This document shows positions 26,951 to 39,497 of a DNA stretch of 51,956 bases, piece after piece (position 1 is the first letter of the stretch; each line of letters starts with the position of its first letter). The DNA comes from Octopus bimaculoides (lineage: Eukaryota): contig NC_068999.1 in the NCBI RefSeq assembly GCF_001194135.2, positions 39,927,466 to 39,979,421 on the forward strand, read 5' to 3'. The notes beneath the pieces were generated by a model. That model saw only the letters and a list, made by a program, of their open reading frames with translations, had not been told where the DNA came from and made no database searches. The position numbers and the translations under genes were made by a program.

Positions 26951-29169
26951 TGTATATATATGTATATATTGTATATACATATATATTATATATATATACA
27001 TATCTATACATATATATTTATACATGAATGTATATATATATGTATATACATATACATTACATATATGTGTGTGTGTGTGTGCGTGCGTGTGTGTGTGTGT
27101 GCGTGTGCGTGTGCGTGCGTGCGTTCGTGTGTGTGTGCGTATGCATGTGTGTGTTTATTACCATTTTCCAGACAGATAGAAAAGATTAATAATATCTGAA
27201 AGGATAGATAATTTCATTATATTCAAAAGCCATAAATTTCATTCCACGCTGAGACCATAAATTGATATTGTTTTCTCCGAGGACAACACTTCGCAGGACA
27301 TATAATTTAATGTCTATCTGATAACGGATTTATACAGAAGTGACTCTACCCTACGTTCCATGTCATATTTGTAATTAATAATCACGCTTTGTCATATAGA
27401 ATCCAATCAGTGATATAACCAATTTGACTCGCTCAACCATACGTTATTATATTAGTTTGTCTCCGTGAAGTCGTATACCATTCCAATATGTATTGGCATT
27501 CAAATAAACTTTAAAACTGACATTTATTTGATCTTAGTATCTCAAACTCAACGTCATCTTCTAACGGTTGTCAACTTTTACCTTATCCTACTAGTAGTTT
27601 GAACAAATACTGAGTCGATCGCGTGTATATTTCATTCTACTATCTTAACGATAATATCGTCCAAAGAAATTAATGCGTGGGATACATTATATGCACCACT
27701 GTAAGACCATTCCTCATGCATCGGATTCATTAAGGATTGATTTTTGGTTACAAATCATCCAGTTATACTTTTAAAATAAAAATCTGTTGTAATTCTTTCA
27801 CTTGGCGAGCTCCGGCTCCATTTTGCTCTCTTTCTTTCTTAAGATTTCTCACTTTCTCATATTTCCTTCACCGCGATATATCTCTTTTCTGACGTTTATC
27901 TATTTTCTGATCACTCTCGTCACACAGGAACAGAATAATTTTTCATTCGTCTCGTAATCTTATGTTACTGTTCAGAGAAAATGTTACTTTTATATACCTG
28001 CTAAGATAAAGGTTCTCTTGGCAGCCAACAGGCATCCTGCAGAAATAATCATAGGAAAAAAAAATTCTTTATATTCGATCATACATAGAGTTTATATCAG
28101 TCTGTTTTCCAATGCTTATGTTGTGAAGTTAGATCCTCTAGGTCATATCCTTCTAAAATGTTTTGCGATCAATCGGCTTAACTCTGACTTCACTAAATAT
28201 AACTTTTCCGGTGTCTGTTGTAAAATTTTCATTTTGTTGCGTTGATGCTCATCCTTCGAGAGATGAATTAATGGAGGACATTCTTCTTCCTATTCAGGGT
28301 CGGAAGTTACTGACTCCATCAAAATAATGATGTTATTAATCTTCTCTATATGTATATTGTAAATGATAGCCGCTTGTAACAATGACTTTCGAAGGTCTCG
28401 GAAGAATAAGGACTTCATCAATATCTTTAAAGAGTTCAATTTAAGGATCATATTAAATCCGAATTTTCGTATAGTTAATATCTCAGATACATCTTTGTAC
28501 TAGGATAATTGTGAATATTTTCCCGAACTTCTAAATACAAAAGTGATTTTAATTGTTTTTCTAAATGTTTTGTTTTGTCTTAGCATAAATTGCAGCCACC
28601 CACGACACTTAAATTTAGTTGATGATATAACACTTTATACAAAGCTTATCCGCCGACGAAACCACCTTTTACTGCTCTATTAATATTTAAATAATCTTAT
28701 AATGGACAGCAGCCTGAAATATTCGATGCACTAGAAACATAGCTATGTTAATTTTCAAAAGCGTTAGTATCAGAAATGACGTATTGCATGGTATAAAATG
28801 CCATAACGTTTTAAATTTGGATCTCTTGCAGAATTTCTCAAAGCAATATTAATAAGAATTTCCGGGGAGACCATTAATATTATAATCGCTATAATACAAA
28901 TGACATTAAACTGAGCTACATTTGCTTTAAGTATTAGTCAATAGGCAAGGTTTGCATGAACAGAATAAAATTATCAAGTGCAACGACGTAAATGTCTTCT
29001 TGATACATACAAGAAATAGTTTCCGTTATATATGTAGTAGCGGTGATTCGTTTCAACAATCATTTCAATAATGAGAAATGTGAAACTCGGAGTTACAGTA
29101 TTAATACGGAGATATACACATAAAAATCCTGTGGACGCAACTGGTAATATTTATGTATAAACCACCGTC

Positions 29170-29226
29170 AATCGCTGACACACTCGCGTGTGACACGCGC
29201 ACACACGTATACGTACATATGTGTGC

Positions 29227-29261
<35 letters not shown>

Positions 29262-29288
29262 TACATATACACACCTGCNNNNNNNNNN

Positions 29289-29340
<52 letters not shown>

Positions 29341-29648
29341 GTATATCGTATGTATGTATGTATATATGTATATATACACATACACGCAGGAAGTCGTAAA
29401 ACTAATGCATATGTATGTGTGAATTTGTGTGTCTGTATGTGTGTCTACGTGTGTGTCTGTGCGTGAACGTGTGTGTGTGTGGGGGTTTGTATCTGTGTCT
29501 GTGTCTATTCTTTGTGTTCAGATGTATGCATTCTCTTTATTGGCGAAGAAATGATATCTGCGGAGCCGAAAAATGGGTTGATTTATCAAATACCTTCACT
29601 CACACAATGAAACACGCCACACACCCGATATTCACACATACGCGCGCG

Positions 29649-29745
<97 letters not shown>

Positions 29746-29800
29746 GTGTGTGTGTGTGTGTGTGTGTGTATACTCATATATATATATATATATATCGATA
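29170..29800. repeat. Dense (TA)/(CA)/(CG)/(TG) microsatellite field
   Basis: Directly visible; includes a short (CG)n run near 29640-29657. Confidence 0.9.
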
Positions 29801-30471
29801 TCTTGTTGTATGTATGTACATATATGCGTACAGAAATCTAATTGCAAAGATGCATATAAGGATGTAGCTATGCAACTTATTGCCGAAAAAATTCGTCTTA
29901 ACCCTAATATACATGTTTTATAGATTTACCATTGATGTTGGTAGCACTGGTAATATTTGTGATTAAATGCAGCCACTTGGATTCAGCTATGGATAATAGC
30001 AGTGAAACCGAAATCATTGGGAGAATTCTTTATAATCAGAAACCAGCATATATTATTGAATACGCAACTGATCTTTCTTGTTGCTATTAAAGCATAACAA
30101 TATTAATTTATGGTAGGCTTGATATTTTTCATTTATGTTTTGCTTTTCCTTTTGCCAAAAGCGTGTTGTTATGGATTCTAAGCCTGGGAATGTCGAGAAA
30201 TCGAGCATATCATATTAAGGATTCTTTTGCATTGGATAACAAGGATGTGAGTGTGAGAACATGATATATTTTTGTAACGCATCGAGAAGCGCATAATTAC
30301 ATCATCTGCAATGAATTTACTACATTAGGATTTATCACTCTCACAAAATGTATGATAACGTAAAAATGGAAATCAAATTCAGATATGCTTGCATACACAT
30401 GGTCAGACACTCACACATATACATACACATAAACATATATATGTGTCTGTGTGTGAGTGTTTGTGTGTGTA

Positions 30472-30528
<57 letters not shown>

Positions 30529-30861
30529 NNNNNNNNNNNNNNNNNNNNNNNNNNNNNNNNNNNNNNNNNNNNNNNNNNNNNNNNNNNNNNNNNNNNNNNN
30601 NNNNNNNNNNNNNNNNNNNNNNNNNNNNNNNNNNNNNNNNNNNNNNNNNNNNNNNNNNNNNNNNNNNNNNNNNNNNNNNNNNNNNNNNNNNNNNNNNNNN
30701 NNNNNNNNNNNNNNNNNNNNNNNNNNNNNNNNNNNNNNNNNNNNNNNNNNNNNNNNNNNNNNNNNNNNNNNNNNNNNNNNNNNNNNNNNNNNNNNNNNNN
30801 NNNNNNNNNNNNNNNNNNNNNNNNNNNNNNNNNNNNNNNNNNNNNNNNNNNNNNNNNNNNN

Positions 30862-30895
<34 letters not shown>

Positions 30896-30929
30896 GACAT
30901 ACATACATATATATATGTATGCAATGACC

Positions 30930-31160
30930 CGTTCTTCTTCCTTCTTTTTCTTTCTTTTTTTTACTTTCTGTGAGGAGGTTTCCGCCTCCTCGATTTCCTC
31001 CGTCTCTCCCTCCAGTGGGGGACTTGGAGGATCTACGTTGTTAACTGATCCAGGACTGTACTCTATCCTGGGGATAGTTTTCCTTAAAGTAGCCAGGCTC
31101 CAGGCACAGGTGACACTTGGTGTGGGGCGTCCTACGTTCAACTCACCATAGTAGTCATTT
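30930..31160 (-). mobile_element. Decayed retroelement ORF1/gag remnant with a CCHC zinc-knuckle relic (L1/Tx1-like, family uncertain)
   Basis: The minus frame at 31115-31071 reads CHLCLEPGYFKENYP, with CX2CX4HX4C spacing and H>Y and C>Y each one transition from consensus. An acidic/Lys-rich low-complexity stretch follows in another frame, with in-frame stops nearby. Confidence 0.5.
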
Positions 31161-31224
31161 GGAACTCAGGATTGGATGGTTCCCATATATAAACATATAT
31201 ATTTTTGTGCACATACGCACACAT

Positions 31225-31517
31225 ATCATGGACTGCCCCGTCTTAGACGATGTATGATGGTTCGGCAATTTCTTGCCAAACAACCACACAGATGATTTGT
31301 CTATAATGATCAGATGTTTGTGTTCACATAAGCCCTCTCCCTCCATCAAATTGGCATTACCTGTACAGGTGCACAATGTGCCACATGTCAGATAACGATA
31401 TGATCGCAGAGCAACGTGAAATGATGTGCTGTGCTCGAGAACACAATGCAACGCTCGGTGTAGGGAGTGAACCCAGGACCTTGCAATCGAGAGTACAACA
31501 CACTAACCACTAAGCAT
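31225..31517 (-). mobile_element. Near full-length tRNA-derived SINE (~290 bp)
   Basis: The minus strand starts atgcttagtggttagtgtgttg (A box) then gggttcactccc (B-box-like), followed by a recalled octopus SINE body (gcacctgtacaggtaatgccaatttgatggagggagag). Confidence 0.75.
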
Positions 31518-33680
31518 TAACGCTACTGTTCGTTTCACGTCAAATCTTCATACATTCATACATACATACATGCTTATATATGTGCGTGTTGTGTGCGTGT
31601 AAATGAACATGCAGCGTAGATGTAGAAAGAGAACAATATAAAATTCAACAAAGAACTGTTTACAGTATATCCAAATTGATGTTATTGAGCGCGTTATGTG
31701 CAGATAAGCAACCACCACCTCTTCCTTCCTCCTCTTCCAATATTCCTTGAATTCTGACCCAATCGGTCAGAGTGACAACTGGGGTGACATGAAGACAACA
31801 ACAGCAAAAAATCAAACAAAAATAACAAGCCTAACAACAACAGCAACAACAGAATCAGCAATAATAATCCTTCAACATTTTCATTTTCAACGCTTATATC
31901 TCTTATCCTTTTAATGTAGTTATGAATGTCACACATTTTCATTTCCTGCGCATTTACAAATCCGTATTCAAGATGCCGTGTAGGAAAAGCGATACATTTT
32001 AAACTTATTCCATTTTGACAGATAGACATTTTATGTAAATATCAGTTGGTTTTAAGAACATGAACATGTATCATTACGTTATAACAACGGGATTGATGTA
32101 AAAGGAAATTGTAAAAATGTCAACTTATGTGCTGTTTTATTATTATTGCTTGGAGACAAAACACACTGAGAGATGTTGTTGTTATATCATTGTAACGTTT
32201 GTATATGTTTTGTATATTTATATTATCACAGATGGTGTGTACTGTCAGTATGAAACTCTATCTTGTTGTCATGAAAACAAAGTAAATAACAAAATATAAT
32301 AAAAGCAAAAACAAAAACCATTAAGCAAACAATTGTCATGTGATAATATGTTTCAAAATATGCATGACTGAACGGAAACGGATTCCAAGATGTGAAAATC
32401 CAAAAAGTTTAGAAAAAAAAATCATTTCAAGTTAGAATCTATCTCGTAATATATGTTTGTTTAATATGGAAATTTTGCAAATTAGTTTCGGTGTATACCA
32501 CGTAATAAAGGAAGAATCGTGATACCTCGTACTTCTACATTCGTTCGGGAAAATCGTTGACTCGTTCAGAGACTTACACATTTAATCTTTCAACAGTTAC
32601 AGTTTTGGACTCCAAATCGGTACCATTTTGAAAGGTGTCATAGTATAGCTTATTATATAGACCTCACTGTTTCTTTATATTAGATTTTATTCATCAAAAC
32701 TATAAAATACAGGAACAATCGAGTAACACAACCAGTCGTCTTACTTCGTCCGTCGAAAAAGAATGGAATTAGTGTAGTGTCGATTTGAAATCGTCTCCAT
32801 CCAAATGAGATTGATTTCATCAATTATCATATAGAATATATAAATCTGAAAATATTCTCTGGTCGATATAATGGAATGTGTTTTGGCCAGCAACGCGTGA
32901 CATTGTGCTTAAGTTATAAATCAATATTACTGTTAGCCAGCGACGAAAAACGAATCCGGATCCTCCCAATTACATAATTGCACTTGAACATACTGCAACA
33001 GGTCTCGAAGGACGAGTAGAACACTAAATTAAAGACGTCATTTATTTAGTTTTGCACCTCTTATTTACAAGTTTAAGTTCTGCTATAACCGACTTGTTCA
33101 TTGGAATAATGATTATAAAATAATTACCAATAATTGCCATTGATGCAGCGTTGTTCTAACGCAAAATATTATATTGTATAATAATGGTCGTCGTATTTTA
33201 TATTTAATTACATAGATACAAAAAATAATCGCCACTTATTGAGGAAATGAAAACGAGGACGGAAAAAAATAAGAAAAATATCTATAACAATAAAAATGGT
33301 TTTGTTCTTTTTAATTTTCTACTGTTCATTTTTGATAAAACATTACCAATAAAATTCTGATCACGATAGTTGTTATCTATATCATTAGCATTGCTGCCAT
33401 TGAAGAATTAGATGCTTATGTAATTTTTCTACCATAATTCTTACTATAATTCGTCTACATTTCCAACTAGACTGCTCATTAAAGGTACATCGGCTGTAGT
33501 GGAGAAAGACATATCTGTAATACGTGTGAGTAGACGATACTCTCTTACATCGTTTATTCTGCAACAATTACAATAACTTCGTTTTCGGATGTTATTCTCT
33601 GCCATTCAAATCATGCATAAATATGCTGTGATACTGCAGTTGTGAATATGTTACTAAAAACAAGTCGGCGTGATAGACTG

Positions 33681-33880
33681 CAGCTGAAATCCGGTCAAAG
33701 ATATATGTATGACTCAGAAAATGTGCTTCGGTAATAACTAATGAAAAAATATACTCAGTCAGCCACGAATGTGTGAATGCAACCTCTAAAATATCAAATT
33801 TGTAGGGTAACATTTACCGACACTATATGACAGATCCTCGCTGTATAAAGGTGTACACACATATAGTGCTCGTTCTAGAG
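33681..33880 (+). promoter_or_regulatory. Candidate Pol II core promoter: E-box, AP-1 site, TATA box, Inr-like element
   Basis: CAGCTG 33681-33686, TGACTCA 33710-33716, TATAAAG 33844-33850, and TCGTTC about 27 bp after the TATA start. An ATG-free leader then runs to a CA|GTAAGC donor at 34027/34028. Confidence 0.28.
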
Positions 33881-34805
33881 CTTAGCCAGTCGTCACTGGT
33901 TAACTAGCACAGCTTTTTTTCGTCCATATCACCTGTTTTGGTGTCTGTGTTGCGCTAGCAGACAGCAGATAGCCCTTAATCCCTTCACCACGATCCATTG
34001 CAACATAGTTGATTCGAATTTGTTTCAGTAAGCAGTCTGTGTTTGTGGGGGTGAGTGCGGGGGTGCAGCGCTAGAAATGTAGCCTGGGTAACATTTGTGG
34101 TGGGATAACCGAAAAAGATTGGGAAGCACTGACATAACACCCACACGCATGTATACAAACAAACGCACACTCAAACACATATTGAAGCACAATCTGCATG
34201 ATCGTATAACGCAACACGTTTAAACAAGTACGCAACAACCAGACTTTTAATTCTCTCCAAAATATTGGCACTTGTGCCTATGAACGAAATCAATATTAGA
34301 TTGAAACACATTATTTTACACAGTTTGTTTAGGCATAGAAAGAAGATTAAGGAAAGACACAAGTTTAGGAAATATGTTGCGAGTTGGCAACGGTTCACCT
34401 TCATAAACTCTGCAATATTAAGCCGAGCATTATATTATACCCATCGTTTCAAAGTATATTTTCGTATAGACTTATTGCTTCTAGAATCTGTCTATTATTA
34501 GTACGTGCTTCAACCACGTGGACACATGAAAAGCCGACTTGACCTGAGGCTAGAATAATATGTGTGAGTGTGTGCGTATCTATGTGTGAACATGAGTTTG
34601 TATTCAGATATATATATATATATATATATAGTGATATATATGTATATATANNNNNNNNNNNNNNNNNNNNNNNNNNNNNNNNNNNNNNNNNNNNNNNNNN
34701 NNNNNNNNNNNNNNNNNNNNNNNNNNNNNNNNNNNNNNNNNNNNNNNNNNNNNNNNNNNNNNNNNNNNNNNNNNNNNNNNNNNNNNNNNNNNNNNNNNNN
34801 NNNNN

Positions 34806-34872
<67 letters not shown>

Positions 34873-35738
34873 ATCGTTCTGCTATTATTCACGTATCACT
34901 CACTGCACCGAAAACACGAAACCATGACACCTTGCAAATATTATCAAATTAAGTGTAGAATCCTGGTGTCAATGGAAATAGCAACAACACAATTATTCAC
35001 GATACGTAGATAGAAATTTATAAAAAAATAAAATGAAATAACTGGAGAAAATACAGCATAGCAAGAAGGAAAACAAAACCAGTCGTTTGCACTAAGGATT
35101 AAACTGAGTCACATCTTGAGAAGCTGAGTCTTATTTAAACAATCGAATACACGCTTGGAATAAGCGAGTGATGTATGAGAGACCATACAAGAAGTAAATC
35201 TTCAGAAGAAATATTATTTGTTGAACTGCTGCTGTATGGATGACCATAGAGGAAGTATATATTCAGAAAAAAGAATTATTTGCTAATGTGCTTCTGTAGA
35301 CGTACGTATAAGTCGTGTCCAACATATATAATAAAAATCACTCATCCATATTTATGCTTTAACAATAATACTCATGATACGCGTGGTCCTGTGTATGGGT
35401 GTGTGCATGTGTGTGTGTGTGTGTGTATATTTGTGCTGTGTATGGCTGTGTGTGTTTGTTTATGTCTGCGTGTGTTCAAGTATAACTGTTTTTACGTGTT
35501 TCATTAATGTGCCTCATCGGATAATGGCTCGTATATAACTGTGTATTTGCATATTTACAACACGAGCTTTTACATACATAGATTCACGTGCATATACATA
35601 TATACCCTCACATGTCGAGATATATATGTGTGAGTGTCTGACAGTATTTGTAAGTATACATATGTATGATTGTGTGTACATATTTACATATATATACATA
35701 TATGTATATATACATATATGCACAAACACAAGACTATA

Positions 35739-35770
<32 letters not shown>

Positions 35771-36070
35771 NNNNNNNNNNNNNNNNNNNNNNNNNNNNNN
35801 NNNNNNNNNNNNNNNNNNNNNNNNNNNNNNNNNNNNNNNNNNNNNNNNNNNNNNNNNNNNNNNNNNNNNNNNNNNNNNNNNNNNNNNNNNNNNNNNNNNN
35901 NNNNNNNNNNNNNNNNNNNNNNNNNNNNNNNNNNNNNNNNNNNNNNNNNNNNNNNNNNNNNNNNNNNNNNNNNNNNNNNNNNNNNNNNNNNNNNNNNNNN
36001 NNNNNNNNNNNNNNNNNNNNNNNNNNNNNNNNNNNNNNNNNNNNNNNNNNNNNNNNNNNNNNNNNNNNNN

Positions 36071-36109
<39 letters not shown>

Positions 36110-37054
36110 GTCTTTATATATATGTATATATATATATATATATAGCTATATGTATATATTTACATATATATATATATGTATATATTTATAGGAATGTGTA
36201 TACATACATGAATATATATACATACTAATAAGAATTATATAAATGTACTAGCGTATAGAGTATTCTTTAAGCTCGTTTTGCATGCGGATTACACTATTTC
36301 TGTATAGTATATCATTAAACAGTATCTTCTAAACCATAAACTATTTCAAGGCAGCTGGTTAGGTTTCGTTTGGAGAAAGAATAGTATGAGCTAGTGTCGA
36401 TTTGCTTCGTTTAATCTTCTTCGGATTAATCTCAGACATTTGCCGCCGTTTCTAGGACATCTGTACAGGGGTTAATGTGATTGGCTCAATGAAAGACGAA
36501 GACGAAAACGAAAGTAAATGTAGAGTGTAAGAAAATCCGTACTGCCAGAAATGAATATTATGGGTTTTCGGCTAATGTTTTATTAGACGATACTGTGTTT
36601 CAATATCTGTGCATACGCGTTATGTATATGTGTATGTTAGTGCGATACTATTGTTTAGTATGTATGTATGGATGGAGCTATGCGTGTTTACTGGTGTTGA
36701 TGCGTATAAGATTTTGTACTTATATTTTAGTTTGTGTATGTGTGAATCAGTCTGCGTAAGGATATCCGTCTGCTGTGTGTGTGTTTTATAATATCCATGT
36801 ATATGTTCTCTAGAAGCAACTCTTCAGATAGCCCTAACTGTAAATTTATAGCGAGAGAGTATTATGGTAGGGTGGTAACGGTATTAAAACATGGATAGGC
36901 CCATAAATTGGTAGATTTCCAATCGGCACAGTATGCACAAACACATGAACATACATACACACACACAAATACACACACACACACACACACACGCACGCAC
37001 GCACGCACGCACGCACACATTTATATATATATATAAATATTTTGTCCCTAATAT

Positions 37055-37088
<34 letters not shown>

Positions 37089-38864
37089 TATTAATATGTG
37101 GGTACTTATGTGTTTGTGTTTGCATTTGNNNNNNNNNNNNNNNNNNNNNNNNNNNNNNNNNNNNNNNNNNNNNNNNNNNNNNNNNNNNNNNNNNNNNNNN
37201 NNNNNNNNNNNNNNNNNNNNNNNNNNNNNNNNNNNNNNNNNNNNNNNNNNNNNNNNNNNNNNNNNNNNNNNNNNNNNNNNNNNNNNNNNNNNNNNNNNNN
37301 NNNNNNNNNNNNNNNNNNNNNNNNNNNNNNNNNNNNNNNNNNNNNNNNNNNNNNNNNNNNNNNNNNNNNNNNNNNNNNNNNNNNNNNNNNNNNNNNNNNN
37401 NNNNNNNNNNNNNNNNNNNNNNNNNNNNNNNNNNNNNNNNNNNNNNNNNNNNNNNNNNNNNNNNNNNNNNNNNNNNNNNNNNNNNNNNNNNNNNNNNNNN
37501 NNNNNNNNNNNNNNNNNNNNNNNNNNNNNNNNNNNNNNNNNNNNNNNNNNNNNNATATATATATATATATGCATATATAGATACATAGATAAATAGAAAT
37601 GTGTGTGTGTATGTGTGTGTGTTTACGCGTGCATTTGTGTTAGTGTAAATATGTGAGTATGAGCAATTTCTGTGATGTATTGTTCATAAAATATGCTGTA
37701 TTATATTTAATGGTAAAAAAACATTTTCGTTTCGGCGAATCTTTTCCGATCTGATTTTTTAAGTCTCCAAATTGCTTAGTAACTCATGTCTTCGTCGATG
37801 CATTATTTGTTTTTCTTTTCCGTATGTCTAGATTTCTACAATCTTGGCACACCCTATCTGTGTTACATTGATTGTGTCTTTCTAAATGTTTTTTTTTTTC
37901 ATATAGTCTCTAAGTGTATGTATCTCTTGTGAAAGCATATAATTCGCACCGCGTTCCTAAATTCCCTTGAACGAACCATTAACTCCCTTTTACGGCGTTC
38001 CTGCAGCATACACTACACCAGGACATTGTTTAATTGAATTTGCTTAACTGAAATGGTCATCCTTCATATTTCAGCCCGAGAAGTTTCATATTTATTCATG
38101 TTTTGAACGCGCTTATCTCATATTTATTCACAATTTCGATGCTTCCAACGCTTTGCAAATAACAACGTTTGATAACGCCTCAGTTGTCTTTTCAGATACC
38201 TTAACGTTATCGTTCTTGCAGACATTTTCCCAAGGGTTGGTGTTATTTCTACGATCTTGCATTCATTTACTTCTAACTACATTAACACTGTTCTGTTCCA
38301 CCCAACAAGTGAGCCAAGCAAATTTATTCTCTTTCCGTTTGCTCTGTTAATCATTCAGTATCACACTTGTATTTTCTCTGAATGTTTAGCTATCGACCGG
38401 TGTCACTAAAACATGTAAACGTGTTACATACGAAGAGGGGAATGCTGATCAGTAATGTTATGGTATATTTCCAAAGGAGTATGTATTGAATACCAAGTTC
38501 AGTTTCCATCTGTTTTCCCATCGGTTCCTATTGGGCAAATGCCTTCAACCATTTTATCAGTTAGCTAATGATTTACAAGTGGATTTCAGTAGAGAAGGTA
38601 GCATCAGCCGATATTTTGTTGTGTGTGTATCTGTGTGAGGGTGTGTACGTGAGTGTGTGTGAGTGAGTGTGTCTGTGTGTCTATACCTTTGTGTGTGTAT
38701 GTTTGTGTGCATGTGTGCGTGTGAGTGTGTCTATATGTGTTTAATAAGTTTAAGTACAAATGAGAATCAAATCATGTATGTATCCATTCGTTCTTAACAC
38801 TTTCCGACAGTTTTAATCCTCAATGTGTTACTAGTTTGTTTTTTTTTTTTTTTTTGACGAATGA

Positions 38865-38933
38865 AGGCGCATGGCTCAGTGGCTAGGGCGTCGAGCTTAC
38901 GTTCGTGAGGGTGTGATTTCGATTCCCGGACTG
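38865..38933 (+). mobile_element. tRNA-derived SINE head, 3'-truncated
   Basis: ggcgcatggctcagtggctagggcg (A box TGGCTCAGTGG) and tttcgattcccggac (B-box-like). There is no acceptor stem, so it is not a tRNA. Confidence 0.7.
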
Positions 38934-39339
38934 CATTTTTATGACGGAAAAGGGTAAAGGTTAAATGATAAAAGATTAAGGAGAATCCATGTTAATGTAT
39001 CCTTTATGGACATTAAATTATTACCCATGAAAGATTAAAAAGTCACCAAAAGCTGGTACGTCGAATTACAGTCAATCCGTTGATCGCTTTCAACGTTACA
39101 AATTTGTGAAATCCGTGATCAACCCATTGAAAGTCTGTAATAAAATATGTTACTGCTCACAAATTGCGCTATAAAATAATCAGATCATCGAAATCTACCG
39201 CATCTTTAACGATGTTAGTGCTGAGAAGCATACCGTTGACAATATAGCTATGTTTTTGATTAACAGTAGGTCCTCTATTCAATCGAAAATAACACTGATA
39301 ATGCAAAACTATAAATCTTACTGAAGTCTAAGAACTTAC

Positions 39340-39497
39340 ACATCTCTTTGCAAAACGATATCAATGCCAAACATTGTCTAAATGTATGATTGAGTAACGT
39401 ACTTCTATTTTGTTCAATAGTTTTCATTTGTGAAACCAACATTTGAGCTAGGTTTTGATCAAATGTTTTCTGAAGCAGTGTGAAAAGTATTTCATGG
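39340..39497 (-). CDS. Possible isolated coding exon of an unknown protein
   Basis: Acceptor ttctatttcttttattcag, open frame HEILFTLLQKTFDQNLAQMLVSQMKTIEQNRSTLLNHTFRQCLALISFCKEM, donor T|GTAAGT (alternative A|GTACGT at 39403). No recognisable homology and no partner exons established. Confidence 0.2.

Noticed and set aside
38865-38933. Functional tRNA gene
   Set aside because: A and B boxes are present, but there is no acceptor or anticodon stem; it matches a SINE head.
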